The notes beneath the pieces were generated by a model, which was not told the DNA's origin, did no database searches, and saw only the letters and a list, made by a program, of their open reading frames with translations. A stretch of 63,583 nucleotides of DNA, counting the filler, from Saprolegnia diclina VS20 (Eukaryota): NCBI RefSeq assembly GCF_000281045.1. It is 5 parts of 2 records of this genome, joined end to end, with 100 filler letters (N's around TTAATTAATTAA, not from the genome) between each part and the next. Parts side by side here need not be neighbours in the genome. Positions count along the whole stretch, not along the records: positions 19,697 to 47,832 come from NW_008246098.1; 4 more parts are not named here. One strand, written 5' to 3'. Positions 19,697-30,570 of this stretch are shown here, piece after piece (position 1 is the stretch's first letter; each line of letters opens with the position of its first letter). The position numbers and the translations under genes are program-made.

Positions 19697-22600
19697 GAGC
19701 CCGAGACCGTGAAGCTCGTGATGTCGTTGCCGTTGTAGTCGACGTCGCGCACAAGCTTGGGGCAAGTCGACGAGGTAAGCGGCGCCGTGTACGTCCCCGC
19801 CATCGCGCCGAGCTTGACACCCGACTTGACCCACGCCTTCTTGAGCCAGCACGTGTTGCAGTGGGTGACAAAGCCAACGCAGCCGTCTTGCTTGGAGCAC
19901 GCGGAGCAGCACTGGTTGGTCTGATCTTGGGGCGACCCCGTCACGGCAAAGTTCTTGATGTCGTTGCCGCTGTAGTCAACATCTAGCTCGAGGTTGCCGC
20001 ACGTGCCCGACGAGATCGGCGGCTGCACATACTGGCCCGAGAGTGCATTCGCAAGCGCGTTGGCGGGGCCCATCTTGTTCTTGAGCCAGCACTTGTTGCT
20101 GGCGACGATCCAGCCGACGCAGCTGATGGTGTTGGAGCACGCAGAGCAGCACTTGTCGACTTGGTCCTGGTCCACACCAGTGACGGTGAAGCTGGTGATA
20201 TCGTTGCCAGGGTAGTTGAAGCCACGAGTGATGGCAGAGCACGTCTTGGATGTTGGGAGCGGCGCCGTAAAGGTACCAGCCATCGCGCCGAGCTTGACAC
20301 CCGACTTGACCCAGGCGTTCTTGAGCCAGCACGTGTTGCTGTNNNNNNNNNNNNNNNNNNNNNNNNNNNNNNNNNNNNNNNNNNNNNNNNNNNNNNNNNN
20401 NNNNNNNNNNNNNNNNNNNNNNNNNNNNNNNNNNNNNNNNNNAGGGTTGCCGGGAGCGCGACCGACGTCGCCAACTTGCTCTTGAGGTAGCACACGTCGT
20501 TGTTGAGCACCCAGCCGACGCAGCCGATCGTCTGCGAGCACGTGGAGCAGCAGTAGTCGGCTTGTCTCTGGACCGAGCCGGCGGCACCGTACGTGGCAAT
20601 ATCATTGCCAGGGTAGTTGACACCACTGACAATGGCCGAGCAGGTCTTGGACGTCGGGAGCGGCGCCGCGTACGTGCCCGCGATAGCGCCGAACTTGGGG
20701 CCCGACTTGACCCACGCGTGCTTGAGCCAGCACGTGCTGCTGTGCGTGACAAAGCCGATGCAGCCGAGCGTGGAGGAGCACGCGGAGCAGCATTGGTTGG
20801 TCTGATCTTGCGGAGTTCCCGTCACAGCAAAGTTCTTGATGTCGTTGCCGCTGTAGTCGACGTCCTGGGTAAGACTGCCGCATGTACCGGACGAGATCGC
20901 CGGCTGCGAATACTGGCCAGCGATCAAGCCCTTGTTGGTCGTGGCCGGCGCAACCGCGTACTTGAGCCAGCACGTCTTGGTGTTGACCACCCACGCGATG
21001 CAGCTGATCGTGTTGGAGCANNNNNNNNNNNNNNNNNNNNNNNNNNNNNNNNNNNNNNNNNNNNNNNNNNNNNNNNNNNNNNNNNNNNNNNNNNNNNNNN
21101 NNNNNNNNNNNNNNNNNNNNNNNNNNNNNNNNNNNNNNNNNNNNNNNNNNNNNNNNNNNNNNNNNNNNNNNNNNNNNNNNNNNNNNNNNNNNNNNNNNNN
21201 NNNNNNNNNNNNNNNNNNNNNNNNNNNNNNNNNNNNNNNNNNNNNNNNNNNNNNNNNNNNNNNNNNNNNNNNNNNNNNNNNNNNNNNNNNNNNNNNNNNN
21301 NNNNNNNNNNNNNNNNNNNNNNNNNNNNNNNNNNNNNNNNNNNNNNNNNNNNNNNNNNNNNNNNNNNNNNNNNNNNNNNNNNNNNNNNNNNNNNNNNNNN
21401 NNNNNNNNNNNNNNNNNNNNNNNNNNNNNNNNNNNNNNNNNNNNNNNNNNNNNNNNNNNNNNNNNNNNNNNNNNNNNNNNNNNNNNNNNNNNNNNNNNNN
21501 NNNNNNNNNNNNNNNNNNNNNNNNNNNNNNNNNNNNNNNNNNNNNNNNNNNNNNNNNNNNNNNNNNNNNNNNNNNNNNNNNNNNNNNNNNNNNNNNNNNN
21601 NNNNNNNNNNNNNNNNNNNNNNNNNNNNNNNNNNNNNNNNNNNNNNNNNNNNNNNNNNNNNNNNNNNNNNNNNNNNNNNNNNNNNNNNNNNNNNNNNNNN
21701 NNNNNNNNNNNNNNNNNNNNNNNNNNNNNNNNNNNNNNNNNNNNNNNNNNNNNNNNNNNNNNNNNCTTGAGCCAGCACGTCTTGGTGTTGACCACCCACG
21801 CGATGCAGCTGATCGTGTTGGAGCACGCGGCGCAGCACGCATCCGCTTGCGCTTGGTCGGAGCCCGAGACCGTGAAGCTCGTGATATCGTTGCCATTGTA
21901 GTCAACATCGCGCACAAGCGTCGAGCACGTAGACGAGGAGAGCGACGGCACCGTGTACGTCCCCGCCATCGCGCCGAGCTTGACACCCGACTTGACCCAC
22001 GCCTTCTTGAGCCAGCACGTGTTGCTGTACGTCACAAAGCCGACGCAGCCGTCCTGCTTGGAGCACGCATCGCAGCACTGGTTGGTCTGATCTTGGGGCG
22101 ACCCCGTCACGGCAAAGTTCTTGATGTCGTTGCCGCTGAAGTCGACGTCCTGGGTAAGACTGCCGCATGTACCCGACGTGATCTTGGGCTGCGTGTACAT
22201 GCCCGAGAGCAAGCCCGTGTTGTCCCCAGAGTAGACCATCTTGTTCTTGAGCCAGCACGTATTGCCATTGACAACCCAGCCAATGCAGCTGATGGTGTTG
22301 GAGCACGCATCACAGCAGAGGTCGGCTTGCGCTTGGTCGTCGCCCTTGACGGTAAACGACTTGATGTCGTTGCCCGAATAGTCGATGTTGCGCTTGAGCG
22401 TCGAGCACGTGTTGGACGTAAACATGTACGACGCCGCGATGAGACCGGCATTGGCACCGGACTGCACCATCTTGCTCTTCATGTAGCACGTCTTGGTGTT
22501 GACAACAAAGCCGGCACAGCCGTCCTGGTTGGCACACGCGTCGCAGCACGCCGTGAGCTGCGCCTGCTCCGAGCCCGACACCTTGATGCTCGCAAGGTCG

Positions 22601-22713
22601 TTGCCGTAGTAGTCGTAGTTGCGGACGACGCTGCAGCAGACACCCGCATTGAGCGTTTGTCCTTGGACGACGGTCACGCCAAGGGCCATGAGAAGACCGG
22701 GGATCCAACGCAT
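19697..22713 (-). CDS. Secreted multi-PAN/apple domain protein (CBEL-type PAN repeats), 3' incomplete and gapped
   Basis: Signal peptide MRWIPGLLMALGVTVVQG is followed by ~79-aa repeats C-x6-DYxGNDI...CCxACS...GCxGFV...TCWLK. About 10-11 full or partial units are visible. Confidence 0.9.
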
Positions 22714-23631
22714 TTTGATACTGGCTTGGTTGTGGCGAAGAGAATGCAACACTGAGTTTGGGACGTCGGTCGCTTCCAAATCGGCCACATAACCGTCCGA
22801 GATAGACTAGTATGCTAGATTGTATGGAGATGGCTGTGGAAGGATATGTGGCGGGCACGTTGCAGATGCCAAGATTGCTTCAACTACAGTCCAGTATACG
22901 ACGTTGCAGTTTCATAGTCGATGGTTCGAACGCGCCCAAAGGTCGTCTTCATCTATTTGGCGGCGTTCGAAAAAGAGGTGGTGACAAGGGACGTACGTCC
23001 ACGCCTCGTGGCGCAGAGATACCACGTCAGGCATTGGCTCCGTCATGCAGTGGATGACTGCGACCGACAACTCGATCTTGGAGTGGGTGGCTCCCACCAA
23101 AACGAAAAAATGAACACAAGCAAAGCGCTTCGTGCTAGATCGACAAGCACCGTAGCGTCAACTCGGTAGTAAAACCAGTGAGTTGCGCAATTGCCCACGT
23201 CGCTCCGATGCGACATCTGTCGAGCTCGATTCTTGGATCGTTGAAAGATGAGCTTAGGCGAAAGCATTTACCAAGTTGTTTTCATTAATCAAGAACGAAA
23301 GTTAGGGGATCGAAGATGATTAGATACCATCGTAGTCTTAACCATAAACTATGCCGACAATGGTCGTCAGCGGCGTGCAAAGGAAGAGACCCGAACGAAG
23401 AGGCAGCTCGGTTTTACGCTAACATGCCGATGCAGCACCATCGACCGTGGACTCCCGCTACCCTCATTGCTGATGGATACAAGCGCCTTGGAGACACGCT
23501 GTCAAAATGTACTTGACTATTTGTCACTTCATTGTGTCGACTGCAACCTCCACAAAAGTGTACTGGGGCCAACGAGGTGGGATATGCACAGTATGGCAGG
23601 GAGTCAACATGTGGTGACATACCTCGTGTGC

Positions 23632-25581
23632 TCACTCGATCGTAATTGGCAAGTCTTTGAGCACCTTGATGTTGTAGACAAGGGCAGTCACGTCGCTGAG
23701 GTTCTCGTCGACGAGGTGCATGTGGTGGTCGCCGTCCTGCACCACCAGGTAGCGTCCAATGCTGCTACTCGACTCGGTCGGGAGTGCCGTACTCTGCACG
23801 GTGGTGTGCGTGCGGTTGTTGGTGGCGGCCGAGCCGACCAAGTACTTTTTTTTGGCCCGCAGTTCCTTCTCAGGCAGTCCAAACGACACCATGTGGCTCA
23901 TAAAGAACCACTGGAGCGTGCTGAGGCGGCGCGCTTTGCAGTGGAGCACCGCGGCGGTCCCTTCCATCTCGATGCCGTCGAGGTAGTCGCACACGATCGA
24001 GCTGCTGTTGAAGATGGCTTGGCGCGCAAGCGAGTTTTTGCACATCCGCTGCCAGTATTTGATATGCAAACAATGGTCGAGGCCCGCAATGCACAGCACG
24101 TTGACGACGAGGCCGACCGCGATCGCGGGCACGGCGCGGATGTAGTAGCTGTCGAATGCATCGACGTGGATAGTGTCGAGGCACTCGTTGGCGTTGTCGA
24201 GAGTCATGGTGACGCTGCTGTTGTAGTCGATGAACGCCGGCACGAAGAAGAGCAAGATCGCACTCAGATAGAGCGACGTTACGTTGCGGAGGTTGAAGAG
24301 CGCCATGACGGCACTCTCGCCGTTGTAGCTGGCCGTCCCAATGACATTCCAAGAGATCTTGAGCAATTTGAGCAGCGCGCAGTTGAACCAGAGCAGTCGC
24401 GTCGTGAAGCCGTAGAGCTGGATCGAGTAGCGCAGCACGGGGGCGGGCGCGTTGTACATGTTCATCGTCTTGAGGTAGTACAAGCTGTTTTCCATGTCGA
24501 GAATCACGCCCATCGCAAAGAGAAAGACAAAGATGTCGGAATTGTAGCAAAACATATCAAAGCGCAGCGCCAAACTCGGGTACGGAAACACCTTGGGGGA
24601 CAAAATGCGCACGAGTGTAGCCAATATCGAGTCGACTTTGGTCGCGTCGTACTCTTTCCACTGGACTGTCCGACGGCTTGCAAAGTACCCACTGACAGCA
24701 AACACAATCGCCATCGATTTCACGTAATGGGACGCCGACGAAAACATTGACTGCGGCAAGTTCAAACCGACCTTGTAGATCGACCCAATGATGTTGGTGC
24801 TTTTGGTCACGATGACCACTTTGGCCGTGTCGTTGTACACAAATGTCATGTTGCACGACCCAAACCCGAGCTCGGCCACCGTATGGCACCCGGTGCAAAA
24901 GCTCTTGGGAAACACGCGATAAAAACGAACCGTGTGGGTCTGCGCCGCCGACGTGTTGGCCATGACAAAGTCTTCCATCAAGCGAACGTCGACGTTGGTG
25001 CGCGCGGGGGCGTACCCAAGGCTCGTCAGCGCCGGTGACTTCATGCTGGTGTTGGCCAGGTTCTCGGTGCGGTCCGTCGTGAACACGTGGCTGAGTGCAT
25101 CGCCGCGGATGAACATGATCGAGTTGGACGCAAAACCGAGCCGAGCGGTGCGCGTGACACTCAGATCAAGCGGATACACGCCTTTCATGAGGCCGCAGAC
25201 GTCGACAGCACCAGACGTCAGCGTGTACGTGCCGACCGACAGCAAGTACATTTCCGGGCTCCGTGACACAATGCTCGTCACGGTGAAGTTGAGCATCCAG
25301 TTCGCGACGCGCGAGAGGTCCGAGATGCTATGGTTGAGCGCAAAGCTGTATTCGTGCTCGAGCTGCCGCGCATTGTCGACGCGGCCGAGCGGCGCCACAA
25401 ACATGTGCCCGTTCCCAATAAAGTCGTTGACGGCCCAGTTGTTGACGGTCGCGTCGACCGAGACGAGGAAGAGAATGCCAATGCCGAGTAGGATGACAAT
25501 GGCTTGCACGGTGAGGTCGCCCCACTCCCGTAGAGACGTGGTCTTGAGCTTGACGAGCACCGGACCGAAGGGTTGCTGCAT
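23632..25581 (-). CDS. Uncharacterised ~6-TM membrane protein, tandem family copy A
   Basis: 649-aa intronless ORF with family motifs SFCTGC, ISPKYFPYPSLALRFDMFCYNSD, NSLARQAIFNSSSIVCDYL and CKARRLSTLQWFF. Confidence 0.9.
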   Translation of the reverse strand: MQQPFGPVLVKLKTTSLREWGDLTVQAIVILLGIGILFLVSVDATVNNWAVNDFIGNGHMFVAPLGRVDNARQLEHEYSFALNHSISDLSRVANWMLNFTVTSIVSRSPEMYLLSVGTYTLTSGAVDVCGLMKGVYPLDLSVTRTARLGFASNSIMFIRGDALSHVFTTDRTENLANTSMKSPALTSLGYAPARTNVDVRLMEDFVMANTSAAQTHTVRFYRVFPKSFCTGCHTVAELGFGSCNMTFVYNDTAKVVIVTKSTNIIGSIYKVGLNLPQSMFSSASHYVKSMAIVFAVSGYFASRRTVQWKEYDATKVDSILATLVRILSPKVFPYPSLALRFDMFCYNSDIFVFLFAMGVILDMENSLYYLKTMNMYNAPAPVLRYSIQLYGFTTRLLWFNCALLKLLKISWNVIGTASYNGESAVMALFNLRNVTSLYLSAILLFFVPAFIDYNSSVTMTLDNANECLDTIHVDAFDSYYIRAVPAIAVGLVVNVLCIAGLDHCLHIKYWQRMCKNSLARQAIFNSSSIVCDYLDGIEMEGTAAVLHCKARRLSTLQWFFMSHMVSFGLPEKELRAKKKYLVGSAATNNRTHTTVQSTALPTESSSSIGRYLVVQDGDHHMHLVDENLSDVTALVYNIKVLKDLPITIE

Positions 25582-26275
25582 GCGCCTACTTAAAGGACCG
25601 GTGGCGCGGGAATAACTGGTATGTGTTTCGTAGCGTGCCTTTTATAGCAACTGCAACGCCAACTGCTTATCACCATGGGGCATCAAGGCGCGAAAAAACG
25701 AAACCCCAGGAGGGCTCGAAAATGCCGAGATGCCTTGCTGCTGTCGTCCAGTGCTGTCTCCTACAAACTACATGCTAGTACGAGATAGTATACGTGCTCG
25801 CCGTGTTGATCTATACCAGCGCAAATCAATTCTTCCAGCATGATAGTCCCACCTGCACGCAATGCACTTGAAGAGTACGTACACGTCTACTAACATCCGT
25901 GCAAACAGTCAACAGTCGACTGCAGTAGCTTGTTGCCTCTCGATATACGACAAGCGGCGATGTGCTCCATTAGTTGACACTAAGTTCGTAGTTGATGCCT
26001 CGGCAGACCTGTACTGCGTGGTTGACAAGGACCGACTTCGCGAGTCGTCGGCGTTGAGCAGTTCTATCACGTCACGTCGCAGGCAGAGACAGGCGCTGAA
26101 AAGTTGGGTGTTTTTGACTTCAAGTTGGGAAGCCCTGGTGCTTCCGACGATTTCATTGGCCCATTTGCACCAATCCGCAGAAAGGGCAATCTCGGCCGCC
26201 GACAAAGGGCGCGCCACAAGAACGTTCGAGTCATTCTTGCCTGCGAGCCGGTCGCCCACTGTCGTCTGCTTGGTC

Positions 26276-27253
26276 ATGGCTCCGTGCGCCCACGATGACG
26301 TGTCCTCGATGCTCTCGGTGGGCCTCCGCGGCGACGCGACTGCTGCCTTTGTGCACGCGCTCACCAACAAGCCCGTCTGTCGCCGGCTCGCACCGTGGCG
26401 TCACACCCACGTGCACATCTACCGCCACGGCGGCGCGCTCCAGGCCCGTGCTGGTGGTCGGCCCGTCGACGCCCTCCACGATGAAAACGGACGCCACTGG
26501 ACTCGCGTGCGCTCGGTGAGCCTTGTCGACGACCCGCATTTGCTCCTGCCCCTCCAAGCCGCCCTCGTCGTACCGTCGGAGAAGGACCTGGCGCTGCGCC
26601 AGCTGTGCACGCTGCCGACGCCGACCTGGAACACCACCGAGGCGCCGCAGATGCGCGTCTTGCAGTCGTTCGACCCGAACCCAACGGGCGCCGCGTCCGC
26701 GACGCTGCGCGGCGGTGTGGCCGTTGGTGCCATCACCCACGGCGTCTTGCGCGTCGACGATATTGTCGAGCTCCGCCCAGGACGCTTCGTCCGTGATGTG
26801 TCGAGCGGGCGACTTCGTTGCACGCCGCTACGCACGCGGATCACTGCACTCAAGGTAGCGAGCACGGCCGTCGACGAGGCCGGCCCGAGCGCGCTCGTTC
26901 GCATCGCGACGACGCTCGACCCGACGCTGACGCGCGCGCACCGTCTCATGGGACAAGTCCTTGGTCTTCCCGGGACGCTGCCACCCATCTACATGGCGCT
27001 CACTGTCGTCATGGACGTGGGTTCTCGCTTAATGTGTACCAAGGACGTTGTGCGGGTTCACATCGGCGCCACGACGGTCGACGCCACAGTTCTGTCGGTC
27101 GCTGGTGATGGCGTTCAGCTAACGCTCGCCGCGCCTGTGTGTGCCCACGTGGGCGAAACCATTGTGCTCACGCGCCGACATCACGCCCGGTGGCGCACGC
27201 TCGGTCATGGAACGCTGGCGGATGGCGAGTACGCCGATATGACTGTCGCCTGA
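26276..27253 (+). CDS. eIF2-gamma-like protein with a degenerate, partly deleted GTPase domain
   Basis: SFDPNPTG...LRGGVAVG...ELRPG, TTLDPTLTRAHRLMGQVLG, PVCAHVGETIVLTRR and WRTLGHG match eIF2-gamma domains II and III. The ATG follows Inr-like GTCATTC. Confidence 0.88.
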   Translation: MAPCAHDDVSSMLSVGLRGDATAAFVHALTNKPVCRRLAPWRHTHVHIYRHGGALQARAGGRPVDALHDENGRHWTRVRSVSLVDDPHLLLPLQAALVVPSEKDLALRQLCTLPTPTWNTTEAPQMRVLQSFDPNPTGAASATLRGGVAVGAITHGVLRVDDIVELRPGRFVRDVSSGRLRCTPLRTRITALKVASTAVDEAGPSALVRIATTLDPTLTRAHRLMGQVLGLPGTLPPIYMALTVVMDVGSRLMCTKDVVRVHIGATTVDATVLSVAGDGVQLTLAAPVCAHVGETIVLTRRHHARWRTLGHGTLADGEYADMTVA

Positions 27254-27358
27254 CTCGCACGCGCCTCCTGTTGTAGTATGTGCAAAGTCATGTGGACGAT
27301 AAGACAAGCAACACGATGGCGCGTCGATCTATGGAGTGTATTCTTTGTTACTGCGAGC

Positions 27359-28112
27359 TTACTGGGCATCAATGGCAAGTGGTGTCAGTGCGGCGTCCCA
27401 CGAGACTGTCCCATGTCCTTTAGCTTGGAGATTATAGATCGCAGTGGGCAGAGGAGCGCTGAACGCGTTGCCTTCCAAGCGTCTACAGTCAATGGGAATT
27501 AGGGTTAGGTACTTCGATGGTGGACCAACGTACAGCACTTCGAGCAATGAGAGAGTGCTCAAGCTCGGTGGCACCACGCCCGTCAGCGCGTTCTGGTCCA
27601 GGCGCAAGACGCGCAGTGCGCCGAGCCGGCCAAGTGTCGCCGGCACGCTCTGTGTGAGTGCGTTCGAGCTCACGTCTCTACAGAAACAAACATGAAAGTT
27701 TGTCGACCACGTCGATTGTAGTACAATTCTTCGAGAGCCGAGAGACGCGCAAACGTGGGCGGAAGGTACCCCGTGAGTCCATTGTTGGCGAGGCGCCTGC
27801 TTGGTTGGTCAGTAGGATGGAAAATATTGTCGTCGTACAAGAGGACAATGTTGCCTTCAAAATTGCAGTGCACGCCGTACCACTAGATGTGGTGACGATC
27901 AGTGCATTGGGATAGACGACGACGCGTACGCTGTCCCGGCACGGATCGCTATATGCGTCGTTGATCGGCCACGACTGCTTCCAGTACGGCCCACCAGTCG
28001 CCCAGTAGAGCATGGCAAGCGCCCCTCTGTCGTTCAGGGTCACGAGACCGCATTCTGCCAAACCAGTTGTCGCCGCGTACAGCAGCAGAGTAGTGATCGT
28101 TGACGCCGCCAT
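27359..28112 (-). CDS. Small secreted plant-type LRR protein (LRRNT + 4 LRR), 5 exons, 188 aa
   Basis: Signal peptide and LRRNT DRGALAMLYWATGG...DPC..WYGVHC. GT-AG introns at 27883-27929, 27797-27838, 27678-27724 and 27483-27533 give a 567-nt open frame with LxxNxLTGxxP repeats. Confidence 0.88.
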
Positions 28113-28189
28113 GTGTATTGCCCCAGCGTGACTGGAGCCGGAAATATGCTAAAAATATGACTCCCATTCATGGCCGGCTCCAACACTAT

Positions 28190-28190
<1 letters not shown>

Positions 28191-28284
<94 letters not shown>

Positions 28285-28384
28285 NNNNNNNNNNNNNNNN
28301 NNNNNNNNNNNNNNNNNNNNNNNNNNNNNNNNNNNNNNNNNNNNNNNNNNNNNNNNNNNNNNNNNNNNNNNNNNNNNNNNNNNN

Positions 28385-28479
<95 letters not shown>
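28191..28479. repeat. (GATA)n microsatellite with internal gap
   Basis: Perfect tagatagata run on both sides of the N gap at 28285-28384. Confidence 0.97.
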
Positions 28480-28647
28480 CTTCGTGATTTGACCTTGGCA
28501 AATTTGGATTGGCCTCACTGGCTAGGATTGAAGCTGCAGGAATGGCATCGCATTGGAATTCCTATATGAAAGACGCTGTTTGCGTGGTGGAATACAGAAT
28601 CTATATTTCGTAATGTGCAGAGTATGAAAAGTGCAGAAGATATTACA

Positions 28648-30570
28648 TCATTGGATCGTCACGATGGTGTCCTTGAGCACCTTGATGTTGTACACGAGCG
28701 CGGTCACGTCCGAGAAGACATTATCGACAAGGTGTACATTGTGGTCCGTGTCTTGAAGGACCATAAACTTGGTGTCGTTGCCAGTGCTCGACTCGTCCTT
28801 GGTGGTCGCCGACGACTGCAACATGCGCTTCTTGAGCCGGAGCTGCTTCTCGGGGAGGCCAAAGCACACCAAATGGCTCATGAAAAACCACTGGAGCGTG
28901 CTGAGGCGGCGCGCCTTGCAGTGAATGATCGTCGCACCGTCCACGTCAACCTCGATGCCGTCAAGGTAGTCGCACACGATCGAGCTACTGTTGAAAATGG
29001 CTTGGCGCGCGAGCGAGTTTTTCGCAAGCCGGCGCCACCGGCCGCGGTGCCACACATGGTCGAGCAGCGTCACCAGCAGTACGTTGGCCAATACGCCGAT
29101 AGCGATCGCCGGCGTCGTGCGCAAGTAGTAGCCGTCGAGCGCGTCGACAAAGAGCGTGTCGAGGTTCTCGACCACGTGGTTGATGTCAATTGCGACGCTG
29201 TTGCTATAGTCAATGTACGTCGGAATGTACGCGAGTACAATGCCGCTAATGTATAGCGACGTGACATTGGTCCAGTTGAGATAGCCCATGAGGACGCTTT
29301 CGCCGTTGAACGTCGCGGTACTCACGATGCTCCACGCGATCTTGAGCAGCTTGAGGCACGCGCAGTTGAACCAGAGCATGCGCGTCGTGAGCGCATACAT
29401 TTGAAACGTATGCGTATACGTCGGCGCGGGCGCCGCGTACGCGGAAATGTGTCGCAAAAACAGTAGACAATTGCCCATGTCGAGCACGACGCTCGTCGCA
29501 AAGAGAAACACAAAGAGATCGAAGTTGTAGCAAAACATATCAAAACGCAGCGCCAAACTCGGGTACGCAAAGTACTTTGGCGATATCGTGCGCAAAATTT
29601 TCGAAAAAATCGAGTCGGATTTTGACGCATCGGCTTCTTTCCATTGCACCGTGCGGCGACTCGCCAAGTAGCCGCCAACAGCAAACACAATCGCAATCGC
29701 CTTGACGTAGTGCGACGCCGACGAAAAGCTCGTGTGGGGCAGCATCATCCCGAGTTGGTAGTCCGACCCCAGGATGTTGGACGCGTTCGTGATGCGCAGC
29801 ACTTGACGACTCACGTCGTAGACGCTCGTGATGTTGCACATTCCGTACCCAATCTCGGCCACCGGGTTGCACCCCGTGCAGTACGACTTTGGGCTCACGC
29901 GAAAAAAGGAAAGGCGCTGGGACGATGGCGTCGAGCTGTTGGAAAACGACAACTCGGTCGTGAGCCGGAGGTCCACGAGATGCCGACCCGCCGTGTACCC
30001 GAGCGCGTTGAGCGTGGACGTGGTCATGCTGCCATTCGCCAAGTTGACACTAGCGTCGTCCGTAAACAGGTGCGTGAGCGCAGACCCGCGAAAGAACGTG
30101 ACCGTGTTGCCGGCGAGGCCAAGCCGGCGCTTGGTGAGCGTTGGGAGCACGTACTCGCCTTGGAATGCGCGGCAAAAGTTGATGGCGGGCGTCATCGTGA
30201 AAAAGCCGGCCCACACAATGTAGACGTCGCTGCTCTTGGTCGCAAGGGCACTCATGGTATAGTTGAGCATCCAGTTGCCGATGCGGGAGATGTCGGCGGG
30301 TGCGGCGCCGCGCATAAACGTATACGTGCCATCCAAGTCGGTGACGGAGGTCATGTCTGTGACGGGCGTGATGAAGCGGTACGCGTTCCCGAGGTAGTCG
30401 TTCACGGCCCAGTTGTTGACAATCGTGTCGGTCGCAACCAAAAGGATGATGGCGAGCCCGACAAGACTTACGCCGGCTTGAAAGAAAACATCTTTGCGCA
30501 CACAGAGACGCGACTTGATCGGGACGACTACGCTCTTGGACGGACCATCAGGGAGCACCGGCAGCTCCAT
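28648..30570 (-). CDS. 6-TM family copy B
   Basis: ATG at 30570 (MELPV); all family motifs present. Confidence 0.9.
   Translation of the reverse strand: MELPVLPDGPSKSVVVPIKSRLCVRKDVFFQAGVSLVGLAIILLVATDTIVNNWAVNDYLGNAYRFITPVTDMTSVTDLDGTYTFMRGAAPADISRIGNWMLNYTMSALATKSSDVYIVWAGFFTMTPAINFCRAFQGEYVLPTLTKRRLGLAGNTVTFFRGSALTHLFTDDASVNLANGSMTTSTLNALGYTAGRHLVDLRLTTELSFSNSSTPSSQRLSFFRVSPKSYCTGCNPVAEIGYGMCNITSVYDVSRQVLRITNASNILGSDYQLGMMLPHTSFSSASHYVKAIAIVFAVGGYLASRRTVQWKEADASKSDSIFSKILRTISPKYFAYPSLALRFDMFCYNFDLFVFLFATSVVLDMGNCLLFLRHISAYAAPAPTYTHTFQMYALTTRMLWFNCACLKLLKIAWSIVSTATFNGESVLMGYLNWTNVTSLYISGIVLAYIPTYIDYSNSVAIDINHVVENLDTLFVDALDGYYLRTTPAIAIGVLANVLLVTLLDHVWHRGRWRRLAKNSLARQAIFNSSSIVCDYLDGIEVDVDGATIIHCKARRLSTLQWFFMSHLVCFGLPEKQLRLKKRMLQSSATTKDESSTGNDTKFMVLQDTDHNVHLVDNVFSDVTALVYNIKVLKDTIVTIQ

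Noticed and set aside
19697..22713. Regular repeats resembling a CRISPR array or satellite
   Set aside because: In-frame coding PAN repeats in a eukaryotic gene; no spacer structure and no cas genes.
25862..26275. N-terminal extension of the eIF2-gamma-like ORF
   Set aside because: No homology, and an Inr lies just before ATG 26276; it does not restore the P-loop.
28040..28518. ORFs with IYLS repeats
   Set aside because: Translation of the GATA microsatellite through Ns.
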